64,000 nt of DNA from Penicillus capitatus (taxonomy: Eukaryota; Plantae; Chlorophyta): the NCBI GenBank assembly GCA_965649825.1, contig OZ287709.1:62001-126000 (forward strand), read 5' to 3'. The notes under the pieces are model-generated. The model had not been told where the DNA came from and did not search any database. It saw nothing but the letters and a program-made list of their open reading frames with translations. This document shows positions 25,512 through 37,740 of this stretch, one piece after another (the stretch's first letter is position 1; the number at the start of each line of letters is the position of its first letter). The translations under genes and the position numbers were made by a program.

Positions 25512-26386
25512 ATGGTGCCGTCTGGCGCACAAAGATGCTGCCGCGCAAACGATGCAGTGCGTTCATGTGTTCGTCGACGGAGTACAGACAGAAGCCGTTG
25601 CAGCGAGACGCCACAACAGCAAAGGGTTGGCGAGATAGACATTGCTTGTGTGCCAACCCTTGAGTTTTTCAGAGAGGTTTATGTAGGTCCAAGCCTGTTC
25701 GAGTAGACGATACTGCGTGTGGCAGAGAATGCCCGTTGGGCTGACTCGTACTGTCCAGGTTCCATTATGGACGTTGATGCATCTCCAATTCGCAAGTAAG
25801 CCATGTGCCTTCTCTCTCTAGAGCACCGTGCTCCGCTTCAAGATTGCAGTCTGGCCCTCGATACTGAGTTGACAGAACTCGGACCTCAGAGTGTCCCGTG
25901 GCAGATATACGTGGGATGCATAGCCGCAACGATCCCATTCATCATTGGGGCATCTGAATTCGCAAAACGCATCGTAAGATGTTCATTGATTCTCTACTGT
26001 GCATGTCTGCATCGATGTGCTAGATCATACAGCGTCGATGTCTGACATGCAATGGAAGTGGATTGCTCCGGCAGGTATGGAAGATGACGGTTCTCTGAGC
26101 ATCGTCACACAACCTGCTTTCGCGCATGTGTTCAAGAATGAAAGGTTCATCAAGTGCACCTCGTGTGGTGGCTTCTTTCCATGGGTCAGCTGGGAGCGGT
26201 TTTTTCTTGCAAACCTGGTCCCCGGAAATGGAGGTGATGCAAGCTGTGTATCCAGAATTCCAATTCGCCTGTTCTTCCTGTCACTTAGGTATACTGCGAC
26301 AGCCAAAGGGACAATCATCCGTCTTCTACAGAATCCCATCAAAACCAAAAGAGATGTCAACAGAGAAGGCGGAGTCAAAAGAGTGA
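25512..26386 (+). CDS. Small DnaJ-type zinc-finger membrane protein (At1g22630-like, probably plastid)
   Basis: Spliced sequence VPWQIYVGCIAATIPFIIGASEFAKRIIIQRRCLTCNGSG...KCTSCGGFFPWVSWERFF...GNGGILRQPKGQSSVFY; start uncertain. Confidence 0.75.
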
Positions 26387-26639
26387 TATGGGAGTAGCTG
26401 AAGACAGCCGTTTGCATCTGTACATGAAAGTCACACGAAATTTCCAATGACTCTTTCCTTGTGGTGTGTTTCTCACTCTGATTAAGCGTGACATCACGAA
26501 TTCGGTCATTGTTAACGAATCTGCCGTAAAGGGGTACCTGCTTACGTCATGTCCCTGCGGTTATGTACTGCGATACGTAATTTATGAGCCCGGTTGGAAA
26601 TCGATTCGATTTCGTTCCTTTCCGGCTTCCGCTGTACAC

Positions 26640-26790
26640 TGTTGACGGTTGTCTGTCAACTACAAGAACAAGAGCAAAGACACCATTGCACCACGTCTCG
26701 TATTTATTGAAGTGCTTCCCGGTGCAAGACCGATTCAAAGCGGCAACGTTGCTACAAACATTGAGGACACGGGTCACCCAAACGCATACC
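26640..26790 (+). pseudogene. Possible decayed ankyrin-repeat fragment
   Basis: SVNYKNKSKDT in one frame continues as PLHHVS in another; restoring 2 nt in GACACCA gives a canonical ankyrin VNxKNKxxxTPLH motif. Confidence 0.3.
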
Positions 26791-27033
26791 ACACAAACGT
26801 ACGGCCGGTAGGCACCGACTGCTGCGACGGAATCGAAGGGCCTCGTTGTGAGCTGTGATGTTAAACCGATAGACAGCGCCTATCCGTGTCGCGCACTTTA
26901 CGAATCTTGCTGTGTTGTCTCGTAGGAGGCGTCTATCGCTCATAAGGGAGTCACTTCTTTATTTGATTCGCCGCTTTTTCTCCCTCTGAAGAAATAAAAA
27001 GCACATTCTTCTTCCTGTTGTATCCGCCTAGAG

Positions 27034-30000
27034 ATGAACAGTGAAGTATCCACGTTACTCCTGGCAGCGCAAAGAAGAAGCGCAGAGCACATGAGTGCCC
27101 TATTGGAGCAAGGGCACGATCCGAATCGCGAAGGAAACTTCAACTTTAGTTACAACGACGGACAGATCGTCTTCAATGGAACGACGACACAAGGCCTCGC
27201 TGCAGTTTACTTTGCCATTGCTAATGGACAAGTCGTTACAATCAGCCAGTCATGTATAGGATGTATGTATGATATGGAATGGGTGTGTAGGAGGAGTCGT
27301 TGGAGTTGCTCCTCAAGCATGGACTTGACCTTGATGCTCGACGCTATGTCCACACGAACCCATTAGAAGCTGCCATTCTGGGAAGCTCTGTATCTCTGCT
27401 GCAAAAGTGCATCGACCATGGGGCGGTGCTGGATGTGCAGAACCACTATGGGAAAACAGCACTCTACATTGCTGCCGATGAACAGATGGTGGATGCGGTC
27501 AATGTTCTTCTTCAGAATGGAGCGTCACCAGACATTCAAGAGAACGAACTCAACTGGGGAGCGTTGCACAAAGCAGTTTTTCATGGGAATGTTGATATTG
27601 TTTCTTCTTTGATAAAGTCCGGAGCGGATGTCAATCTGCTTACCAGCGATGGAGACACGCCTTTGCATATGGCAGCATGGAAAAATCACGCAAAAATAGC
27701 AAAGTGGGTGGAGATTTGATTCGGAGCAGCGATACAGATGCATTGTCTGCAGGATGCTGATCCAAGCCGGGGCAAAGGTGGACATTCAAAGAAAAGATGA
27801 GCAAACTCCAATCTTCGTTGCCAGTGCGTATCATAATCCAGATGTAGCCAAAGAGTTAATCAAGTGCGTGATGATCCTCCTACTTCCCATGTTCATTCCG
27901 TTTATTTTTAGAGCGGGATGCCTAGTGGATTCCAAAGATTGTCATGGTCGCACACCGTTGCATAACGTTGCGACATCAAACGATATCAAATTCGCACGCA
28001 TGTTGTTAAAGTATGGAGCAGATGTGAATGGTCAAAATAAAAGCGGAGACACGGCGCTACATTTATCCTCTCTCAAGGGCAGTGTCAAGATGTTTAATTT
28101 CTTATTGAAGCAAGGAGCTGATATATGGCACAAAGGTCGGCAGCCTGTCCTGTCTCCCCATTCTCTTTCCATCTGTATGCATGGATGCAGGGTGGGGTGG
28201 ATGCACGACGTTGCACGATGCCTGTTCAGAGGGTCATATTGACATTGTCAAGGCGATACTGAAAACGAATCCGACAAAGGAACAGCTCAATCTAACGGAT
28301 AACGGAGAAATGACGGCCCTTGGCAGTGCCATCACTGCAGACAGAGAAGATATCTTTCGCCTGTTGCTAGCCGCAGGTGCATCAATCTCCGTCTCATCTT
28401 TGTGTGTGTGAGTGAGTGAGTGATTCCATGGCGATTGTGCTTTAGGCTGCAATCCTCGAATAAGATATCGGTGCACCGTCAAGAACTCTTTGATGCATTG
28501 GGCAGCATTCATGAACAGTCAAAAGTGCTTACTGGTGCTCTTGCAGCGGAGAAGCATGAGAGCCGACGTTCGAAATTTGCAGGGAACGACACCCCTTCAT
28601 GTCGCTGCAATGAAAGGACACATCGCTCTCATGAAGATCTTAATGGATTTTGGCGCAGATCCTTCGGCAAATACTTCCGAAGGCGATAACTTACTCCATT
28701 TGTCTCTCATTGAGGGCAAAGGAGAGGTTGTTAAGTTTCTGCTGGAAAGGAGATTTGTACCAAGACTGAACGTAAACCTAGAGAACAAGAACGGAGCATC
28801 GCCCTTAAGCATCGCCGCTGAGAAGAGTGATATCGATTCAATAGATCTCCTCATCAAAGCCGGAGCTCATGCACACAAAAGCAATAAGAAATCCCGCAGT
28901 CCTTTACATTACGCAGCAAAGAATGGCAATGTCAAAGTTGCTCGGACACTCATGAAACCACTTACTCAAGAACAACGAGTAGATTTGATCAACAGAAAGA
29001 CCAGCGAAGGGTGGACTGCCTTACACATCGCCACAGACCAACAGCATGTCGACTTTGTGAAGTATGGAGCTGTCTTTGTTAAAGATGCTGTTGTATGACT
29101 ATACGGTATGGGTATCTTGCAGATATTTGATGGAACGTGGGGCGGACCCGAACACCATTGGACCCAATGGACGTTCGTCCTTCCATATGGCCGTCGAGAA
29201 AAAGTGTTGCCGGATGTTTACACTGTTTTGCACACACGGCGCAGATTTGTCACTGTTAACAGCATCGGGTGAAAGCATCATGCATATTGCTGCAGCGGCC
29301 GGAGCTACTGGTAGCAGTGATCCTTAACAGACATATACCATCCTGAGTCCTTGTGTGTGTCGACTGTAGACATCTTGAAGTCACTTTTAGCTTGGTGCCC
29401 AGATCAGCTACACTTGGCTCAGAAACCTCATGATGTGACCCCCCTCATGTCTGCACTTTCATACAAGCAGCCCGAGACATCTGCCCTGTTAATCGAATAC
29501 GGTGCATGCCTTGATATTGAAACAGCGATATGGAGGGACGCACCCCTTGACTTGGCATCAAACTCAGGAATGCTTGACACGGCACGCGAACTGATCAAGA
29601 GGGGAATCGACGTCCATCATGTTGGATTCTCGAAAAGGACGGCGTTACATTGGGCTGCTTTATCTGGAAATGCCAATCTGATACTTGAACTTCTCAGACA
29701 CGGAGTGGATCCTTACCTCAAAGACATCTATGGTTACACAGCAAAGGATTTTGCCACACAGCAGAAACACAAAGATGCCGCATCAGTACTCACTTGGTGG
29801 CCCTCTCTCTACAAACCCTCACAGGTCTGTTCACATTCCTCCCTGTACTGACGGACATCAATGATCTTTGTGATCTCCATCAGGTGCTGCCCCTGACAAT
29901 TACAGGAGAAGAAGACATGCCTGAACGCTTTATCTGTCCTATCACACGAGTAATCATCTCGCTGCTTCTGTGCTTGAGTTTGGACGGCGCGTGTGTCTTG

Positions 30001-30196
30001 TGTTTAGACTCTGATGCGCGATCCTGTGTTTGCTGCAGATGGTTTTGCATATGAACGTTCTCAGATTCAATGGTGGTTGAACACGAACAAAATATCGCCG
30101 ATGACTCGGAGAACATTGCCAAATGATGAACTTATAAGTGCACGACACATCTTAGACGAGATCTTAGAGAACGTAGAGAATCTGCTTGTACCATAG
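27034..30196 (+). CDS. Ankyrin-repeat (roughly 20 repeats) U-box E3 ubiquitin ligase
   Basis: Many GxTPLH/TALH repeats over about 10 exons; C-terminal U-box PERFICPITR-IMRDPVFAADGFAYERSQIQWWL...SPMTRRTL. Confidence 0.9.
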
Positions 30197-30682
30197 ACTG
30201 ACTGCTGGAACGTCTATGCCGTATTGACCAGGGGGTACTCGTTGTGTGCATGTATTAGTACAAAGCAAGCATGAACCTCATCTGTTAGGTAGTTTGTTCT
30301 GTCTGTCCTTCTGATGATTTTGATTCGAAGAAGTGGTGTTAAGTCTTTTGGCAAATGAGTGGATAGAGGGTGTTAGACACGACAGATGAAGCGAGCGCAT
30401 GAGAACCTCATGCGTCGTTCGTCTCTTCTTTCCAAATAAATGCAACGGAGCTGCCCAAATGAAAAAACGCACCTACGGTATCTCCAAGCCATTATCTATC
30501 TTTCGCGTTGCACCAATAAAAGTTTGCCGAGGCTGTCTCTCTCTTCACTTTCGCGTTTTACTCAATTCTTTGATGGACTTTGCATTGGCGTATGTCTTTG
30601 ACCACGAGACATCGAGATTCGTACGCTGAACTGAAGATCATTCATTCAATTAAGTGATATACTAGCGTGCACTCCTTCCTCA

Positions 30683-32858
30683 TTAAAGATCCTTTATTTC
30701 GGAAGACTGCTGACTGTGTGGAAAAGAAGCGGATGCTGTCTCCAGTTTCCTCATGTATTCGTCGAGCTGTGCCAGATTCTGGAAATTTTGGGCCTTCGGT
30801 TTCCTATGAATGGCCACTGTTAGAAAGACGGGACACACATGTATGACCATGGTCGTCGACGCTTGAAGGTGATTGCATCCAGCCCTTGTTCCACAGCGCG
30901 GGCACAGACCTGTCGCATCTTCCGTGCCATCGATCCTTCGTAAAAGCAATCTGGCAATCGATTTGCCAACCATGAGTAGAGATCCAGAACAGCATGAATG
31001 TTTTCTAGGAGCCGTAACTCTTCCTAAGAACAGAGAGAGCTGTCAAGCGATTCTGTACAAGCAAATACTTGCATCCGTTTTTGGTTTTTGAAGCGTCGGC
31101 AGTCTTCTGACGAGTGCACCACATGCCAAGGGAACGCGATGATGGAAAGCATACGCCGTACAGATTCGCAAGAATTCTGAGGCCTGCTCGAGACTCTTGG
31201 AATCTACCGGACTCATGGCAAAGAGATATTGTTCTCTCAGTGTCAAAGGCAGGTGTCGAAACAAGGAAGTGGTGTGCCGCATCTCTGTTAGATCCGACAG
31301 AAAATAATGTCCGGATACCACAAACTGATCTTGAAAGGCATCAATGACATCCGCCAGACAGGATGTGCCGATCTGTTCTGCCAGCAAAGCGAACTGTTCA
31401 AACCTAAATCAGAGCGCAAGTGGACCAGAGCAAATCTTGTTCCGATTGCTACCTGGGGAGGACGCCGGCTTTGTCGATGTTTGGATTTCTGCTGGTCAAG
31501 GCGTATTTGAGAAACTGGATGTCGTTTGACCGGACAGAAGACACATAACCGCTTGAAAACGTCGATCCATACCTTCCAGCTCGTCCGCTTATTTGTTTCA
31601 CTTCTGGAATGGATAGAAATCTCTGCTGTGTTCCATCGAACTTTTCTATTGTAGTAAAGATAATCCGCCGAATGTCTAGATTCAATCCCAGCCCAATCGC
31701 ATCACTGGCCACAAGGACATTGTACTCTGTGTTGCGATCGTTGAACCACTGCGCTTGTTTCTTTCTCGTTTCAGGGGGTAACGCACCGTAGACCTAATGA
31801 GGACATCGTCGACAGGATGAAGGGCGAGTCACAAATGATGCACCATACAACACGAATGTTGACCACCAGCCTCGACGATTCGCTTAATCAGATGAATATC
31901 TCGACGACTGAAGGCAATCAAGCAATCCCCCTTCTCGACATTGTCCAGGGACTCGATTCCAGTTTCTTCGACGTCTAGGGGGCTGAGTCTTTCGAATGTG
32001 ACAACCTGTTTTCGATGTGCTGTTTATTCATCTATGCATTGTCATGGGATGCCAGACCTGAAGGACATCGCCCGTTTCGTTGCACAGGGCTGCTAGAAGT
32101 GCGAGTGCAGAAGGATGACCGCAGACATACACTGTCTTTGCAGCAAGGCCCAGGACGACTCTTGTGAAAGCCCATCCCCTCGCGGCATCACCCATCAGTT
32201 GATATTCGTCAATCACGCCAACCTGATGGATCTCCGCTCCACTTAACAGAAGAATAATTTGTCTGTATCTCCACACTGACCTCGTAGATCTTTGATAGAT
32301 TCGCCATCTCCATAGTGCAGGAAACGTGAGTATCCGCAGCAGTCTTTTCCGCTTCTTGTCCGGTAAGCAAGGAACATTCGACGTGTTTACTCCTCAATCT
32401 CTCATAGCCCTTCATCGCCATGCGATTGAGATGTGGAGGCGATGAAGCACAAGCGAACCTCCCAAGCCAACAGTCTGAGCGGTGCACAATAGATCCCAGT
32501 TTTGGCCTTGATTAAAGCATCCATCGCTCCATGCGTCTTCCCTGTACAGACACGTAGCGAAGGACGATTGGATGCGCCATCATGCCTGAGTTGGTTGGAC
32601 CGACATGGGCAATGATCGTGCGCTGAAATTTCCTCGCCAACGGATACCACTTCGACGGCTGCCTTAAGTCTGTCAGCACTCTCTTCGCTTCTCTGTGGCT
32701 TTTTTCGATCACTGCAGCCGGAACATCGTTTCATAGACCACCTGCCTGTTCTAATGTTCACGTTTCTTCAAGGCGTCGACGTCCGTCTCGTGTGTTGACA
32801 GTGACCGCGCGACCTTCCGGACAGAAAACGAAGTCCCTAGTGATAGCCGACGATACAT
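30683..32858 (-). CDS. SUV3: Mitochondrial SUV3 DExH RNA helicase
   Basis: MYRRLSL... presequence, HVGPTNSG-KT, YCAPLRLLAWE, VIDEYQLM...RGWAFTR, YGALPPETR, ASDAIGLGLNL and QISGRAGRYG. Confidence 0.95.
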
Positions 32859-34063
32859 GGTGACTGTGGACGGGACTGGCGACCTTGACTTTCACTAACA
32901 CAAATCCATGGACGATTTTAAACCACTGTTAAGAATCTTCCCTCCATCGAGGATAACAGAAAAATACAATCAAAGCTGATGTCTGCCAACGAGTTGTTTC
33001 GCCGACGTCTCGAGTGAGAGATCGATTCAGCATCAGATAGGGGAGATTCAAACGAAACAATCCAGTTGACTAAGTGCTTCATGCAACATAATCCCTCTCA
33101 GTTGAACGAACAATCCCATCGAGAAACAGCGGAAATCTCGACGGAGAACTTTGGGACTGAGTTTCACTTGTTGCACGCACAGGACAAAAAACCGAAGCAC
33201 GCCCGCATGCCACCATCACCCAAGAGGCCACACACTCGCAGTCCAATTCACCCGTCACTATCAATCATCGCAAGAGCAACAGATGCTTCAATTTCTTTTG
33301 CAGGAAAGAAAGTTCGACTTGATGCCTCACGCTTATCACACACCGCAAAAAATGATCCATTGTTCCAGACACAAACATCAAAAACACCGCAGTATCCTTG
33401 GACAACATGACACCGATGACCGCAGATTTCTGATAAGGGAGAGACGTGATTTTTTCCGTCCCATCTGGCTCCAAAAATACTCTTCCTTGTTGAGTGGAAT
33501 GTAATGTTGTGTAGTGTCTATAAAAAATGCACTCTTTGTTTTCTTTCTTATTTTTCCAAACCACGTGCGAAACCAGAATGAGCATGTTCCAGCCACAATA
33601 AACTGAAGATTATCACAAATGTGTGATGTCCTGCGGATAGAATCAAGAATGCGTTAACAGCCAGCTTTGCAAACAAATGAAACAAATCCTGAAGGTTTGT
33701 GTGCCTGAGTTGGCAAACGGAGTTGTTGACTCTGCGATTGGTTGTAATGACTGCACATAAAAATGAGTGGATATGCATGCAGAGGATCTGTGCCTGGAAA
33801 ATCCATTCAGGGTAGGAATCGTATGTTAAAGAATGCTGCATTCGTTGGAGTATGGATGCACAGACCCAAACAACACCAAATATGCAGAAAGCACAAACCT
33901 TCATGAACCAATCTGCACAGGCAAACAATGAAAATCCAAGCGGCTCTGAAACGCACACAATAACAATGCACCCGAAGTATAAATACTCCCTTCTTTTGCA
34001 AAGCTGCCCATCTCTTAAATCTTCAAGATAAAAAACACTGGCAATGCTACAGGATCCGGATGC

Positions 34064-36064
34064 TCAGATGACATTTTCAGACGGTCCTTGAGATGTTGTA
34101 TTCGGGCCACTTGAAGTGATGGCAGTAGAATCTGGAGAAGAGAGTGGAGGCATGCTTGGACAACTCTCCGCCACAGGTTGTTGCTCTCCTGCTAACGTCC
34201 TACAGTAACACCCAATCCGTAAGAGACGCTGTCAGCATAGACAAAGCAGTAGATACGTAGCAGTAGTCTGGTTGTTCTCCAGTTGCAACTTGAGAGCGTT
34301 CAGCTCCTGAAGGAGAGCTTCTGAGCCAATAGAACCATTCAACACTTTTTCGGCTTCGTTTGGCGCCGGTGGATGGTTAGTAAGACCGTTAATCGCCACG
34401 TGATCGTGCTGAGAAGGAATAGAACGATCCGTTGTTGGCATTCCCTGCATACTTCCATTGTTGACAAAACGGTTCACATCAGTATTCAATCTTGTGAGGT
34501 AAGCATTGTCGATGGAACGACGACCAGGGTTTCCATGTTCGGCCGTCTCGGTGGTCAACTGCTGGAGAAGAGCTGGATTGGACTGGAAAAGCTGGCTCAA
34601 GTTCGAAGAAAAGGCTGGATTTTGAAGAAGACGCTGGATGTTTTCCACAGAATACATTGCTGGTTCGGGAACAGACACCACAGGATAGCCCCCGTTCGAG
34701 ACGATGGGAGAATGTCCATGAGGTGGGACAATCGTGCCGTTGGTTACTCCATTGGTTGGGACGCCTCCCATGAACGCTCCGTTTTGAAAACCCGTTGCTG
34801 GAAATCCCAGAGAGCCAAAGGGCTGCTGAGATGCATCTGTCAACAATGATGACAGGTAGCTGTTGTCAATGGAGCGTCTTGTCTGTCCATTAGCTTCCCC
34901 ATCCATTTTCAATGCATTTTGGCTCAGGAGGCTATTGATCAGCAATGGATGTGAGTGGATGTCCGCACCATTCGCATATCCATTATTCGGCATCAGCTGA
35001 GACAGTAGAGTAGACGGATCAAAAGATGGTCCGACTGCCGGTGTTGACGTAACGACAGGCGTTGTCGCAGATAGAGCCAACTGTTTCAACTGACTCAGCT
35101 GATCATAGGCATCTGACGGGTGTTGCATGGATGTGTTAGTGGGCACAGTACCATTCACAGCTGCTTCGGGGGCTGAGCTTTGTGGGACCCCGGTCTTCCC
35201 ATTCATGTTCTGCTGCACTTGCTGCTCTTTTGCAGCCAACTGCTGCAACAAAACCATCTGCAGCGCCGCAGTTGAATTTCCAGAATCAACAGCAGAATCT
35301 GTTAGCATTTCCGTTGGAGGCATGTTGGAATTCTGCTTCAACATCTACAGATGTCAATTCATCAAAGGCGTGTTTCGGAACAGATCTGTGTACCTCGAAA
35401 TTGAGTGCTGGTTGTTGGAGTGGTTGACGATCTGGCGGCGCTGGGGCATTCGTGGTTTGGAGAAGGAGAGCTTGAAGTGCCTGTGTCAGATGTTGCTGTT
35501 GCAATGTCTGCACTTCTGCAGCCAGTTCTGCCTGAACTTGCTTTTGGGCAACACCAGGATCGTCTTCAGGGTGACGCAATTCACTATCCACGTGAGCAAA
35601 GAAACAGACACGGCGCTTGCAGTTGGTCCCATCCGTGCACAGCTGCGTGCGATAACGGGATGGATGCAACCAACATTCAAACACACCATGAGCAAAAGGA
35701 CAAGCATCACCACGACGGCAGCATCCACTCTTGCGAAACTCGGGACACGCAGTACCCGAATACTTGTAACGCCGCGGATCTCGACGACGTGCTTTTTCTC
35801 CAGGATGTGCAAAGGGACACTGTGTCCAGTCATGGGGACGGGCTCGAGGACAGCGCTTCACCTAAACACACCCACTTAGGCCACAAAAACTGGGATACTA
35901 GTGCGGCCGCGTACCTTGAATTCGTACATTCGAAACTCGTCTGACGCAAACGCAGCGGAGTCGAGGTCAAAGACGTTGTCCTTTGAGTTTCCGTTTTCTT
36001 TGGCGTTTCCATTTTCCTTGCCGCCTCCACCGCCGTAATTTCCAGATGGAAAGCGCGACGCCAT
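34064..36064 (-). CDS. Plant-type arginine-rich tandem CCCH zinc-finger (RR-TZF) RNA-binding protein
   Basis: [91 protein letters not shown], followed by a long Q/N/S-rich tail. Confidence 0.95.
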
Positions 36065-37740
36065 AGTGAAGAAACGTTTAGTTGGTGTTTCGGCGCAATA
36101 CGAGCAACTCAGATATGATGAAAGGTTCCTCCAAATATAGAGAAGCTGATAATCGAAAACACCTCCAAGACCATATAGTCCGTTGAACGAGCGTTCAAGA
36201 ATGAGACAGAGACACAATACGCCCCGCCGTAAAAGAGACCGATTTCGCGAAGTAAACCACTGATTTCACCGGATTCTCACCGTCACATCGATCAGATGCC
36301 AGAGATGCAATTTTGTTTTGATCTTTCCTTTATTCCCTGCCTGCTTTTCCTCTGTGGTAAGAAAAGAAACTGGACAGAAAGCACCTAAACCGAAACAGCG
36401 CTTTCGTCACGAGATCTGGCAGATCCCGTCCGACCAATAATAACACGTGTCTTTGGAGAGCGGAAAAAGATGTGACAGTTCCTGGAGGAGAAACTGAATG
36501 TTCCATGTTGCTGCTCATCAGGGACCTGGAATTCCAGACTGATTGTTCAGCAGTTGTTCTATGTTCGACCATTTGAACATGGGCGCCATGTCTCATTTTC
36601 ACTAATCCTCTCTAGACTTCAATGAAGATCTTCATGGACTGTATGTAGAATTACACCTTGAAGATACATGCCGATTCAGTGAAGAATGGTCATCCGTCAT
36701 CTAGATAGACATCCATGGTTGACAAGGCGTGTTATAATGTCGATCCCCGACATGACTCAACTTGCCAACCTCATGCAGACATGTTGGGTATACAGAGACT
36801 GTTTCTTCTCACTGAGAGTGGAATATAAGTGACATTCTTACCTGAACTGGACTGCCGAATCCTTACATTCGTTTCTGAAAAGGAACCGCCCCCACATCCA
36901 CCGTTCGACTGCTTTGGTCGAGATTACCATGCGCAGGGAAGTCTGTCGACTAAACAATTATACACTTCACTGCTGATGAAGGCTAATCGAAGACATGGAA
37001 AACACAAGGAGCAGACAAGCAAACGCTGTCTCCCATGCAGTTTCAATTTCTTAGATTGTACCACTGCATATATGCAACCACAGTATCGAAGTTGGTCTTC
37101 TCGCAGACGAAACACTTCCAGATCAGATGATGCACTCATTTCTCGAGTCGCTGCATCAAGTTGCTCACATCCAGCAACTAACTCCCTACTGTCCATTCAT
37201 CTGACTGCCATCAAGGAATAGAGTTTTATGTCATGTTGACTCATCTATGAACCATTTTGAGGATTTAAGGCTTACGCTTCATGCAAAGAGATTTTTGTTT
37301 CGCCGCTAATGTCTGTGACTCCTTTGGTATGATGTTTTGGCACAATGAGCTTCCCTCAGTCTCAAACTCATTGCGTGATCAATCACACGACTACTTCGTT
37401 TGGTTGAAGGATGGGTTCAAACAATACTATTCTTGAAACAAACAAGAACAAAGCAGCTGAAATACGATCTGGCGAGTTATTGTGATGACAGCGCATTCCT
37501 TAGAGGATTGAATTCATTCCACTCGTGTCATCGCGCCATGACACGATTATCTACGTGAGTACGTCGACGGGATCATCCGACTCATTATCTTTTACTGCGA
37601 AGTTCTTTGCGAAGAAGTTCTCTTGCGAGTTTTCTACAGCGTGCGACAGAAGGTTTGTTCTATAGACACCTGTCATCTGAACGTCGCGGAATTAACTGGT
37701 GTAGGTTTCTGAACGTGCCATCAAAATCCTCGGACAAAGA

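Noticed and set aside
33066-33958. ORFs of 60-136 aa between SUV3 and TZF
   Set aside because: AT-rich, no recognisable motifs, and overlapping ORFs on both strands; more consistent with UTR or intergenic DNA.
36100-37740. Short ORFs upstream of TZF and NACHT (e.g. 36829-37221)
   Set aside because: No domain similarity recognised and no coherent splice model; possibly promoter/UTR or decayed sequence.
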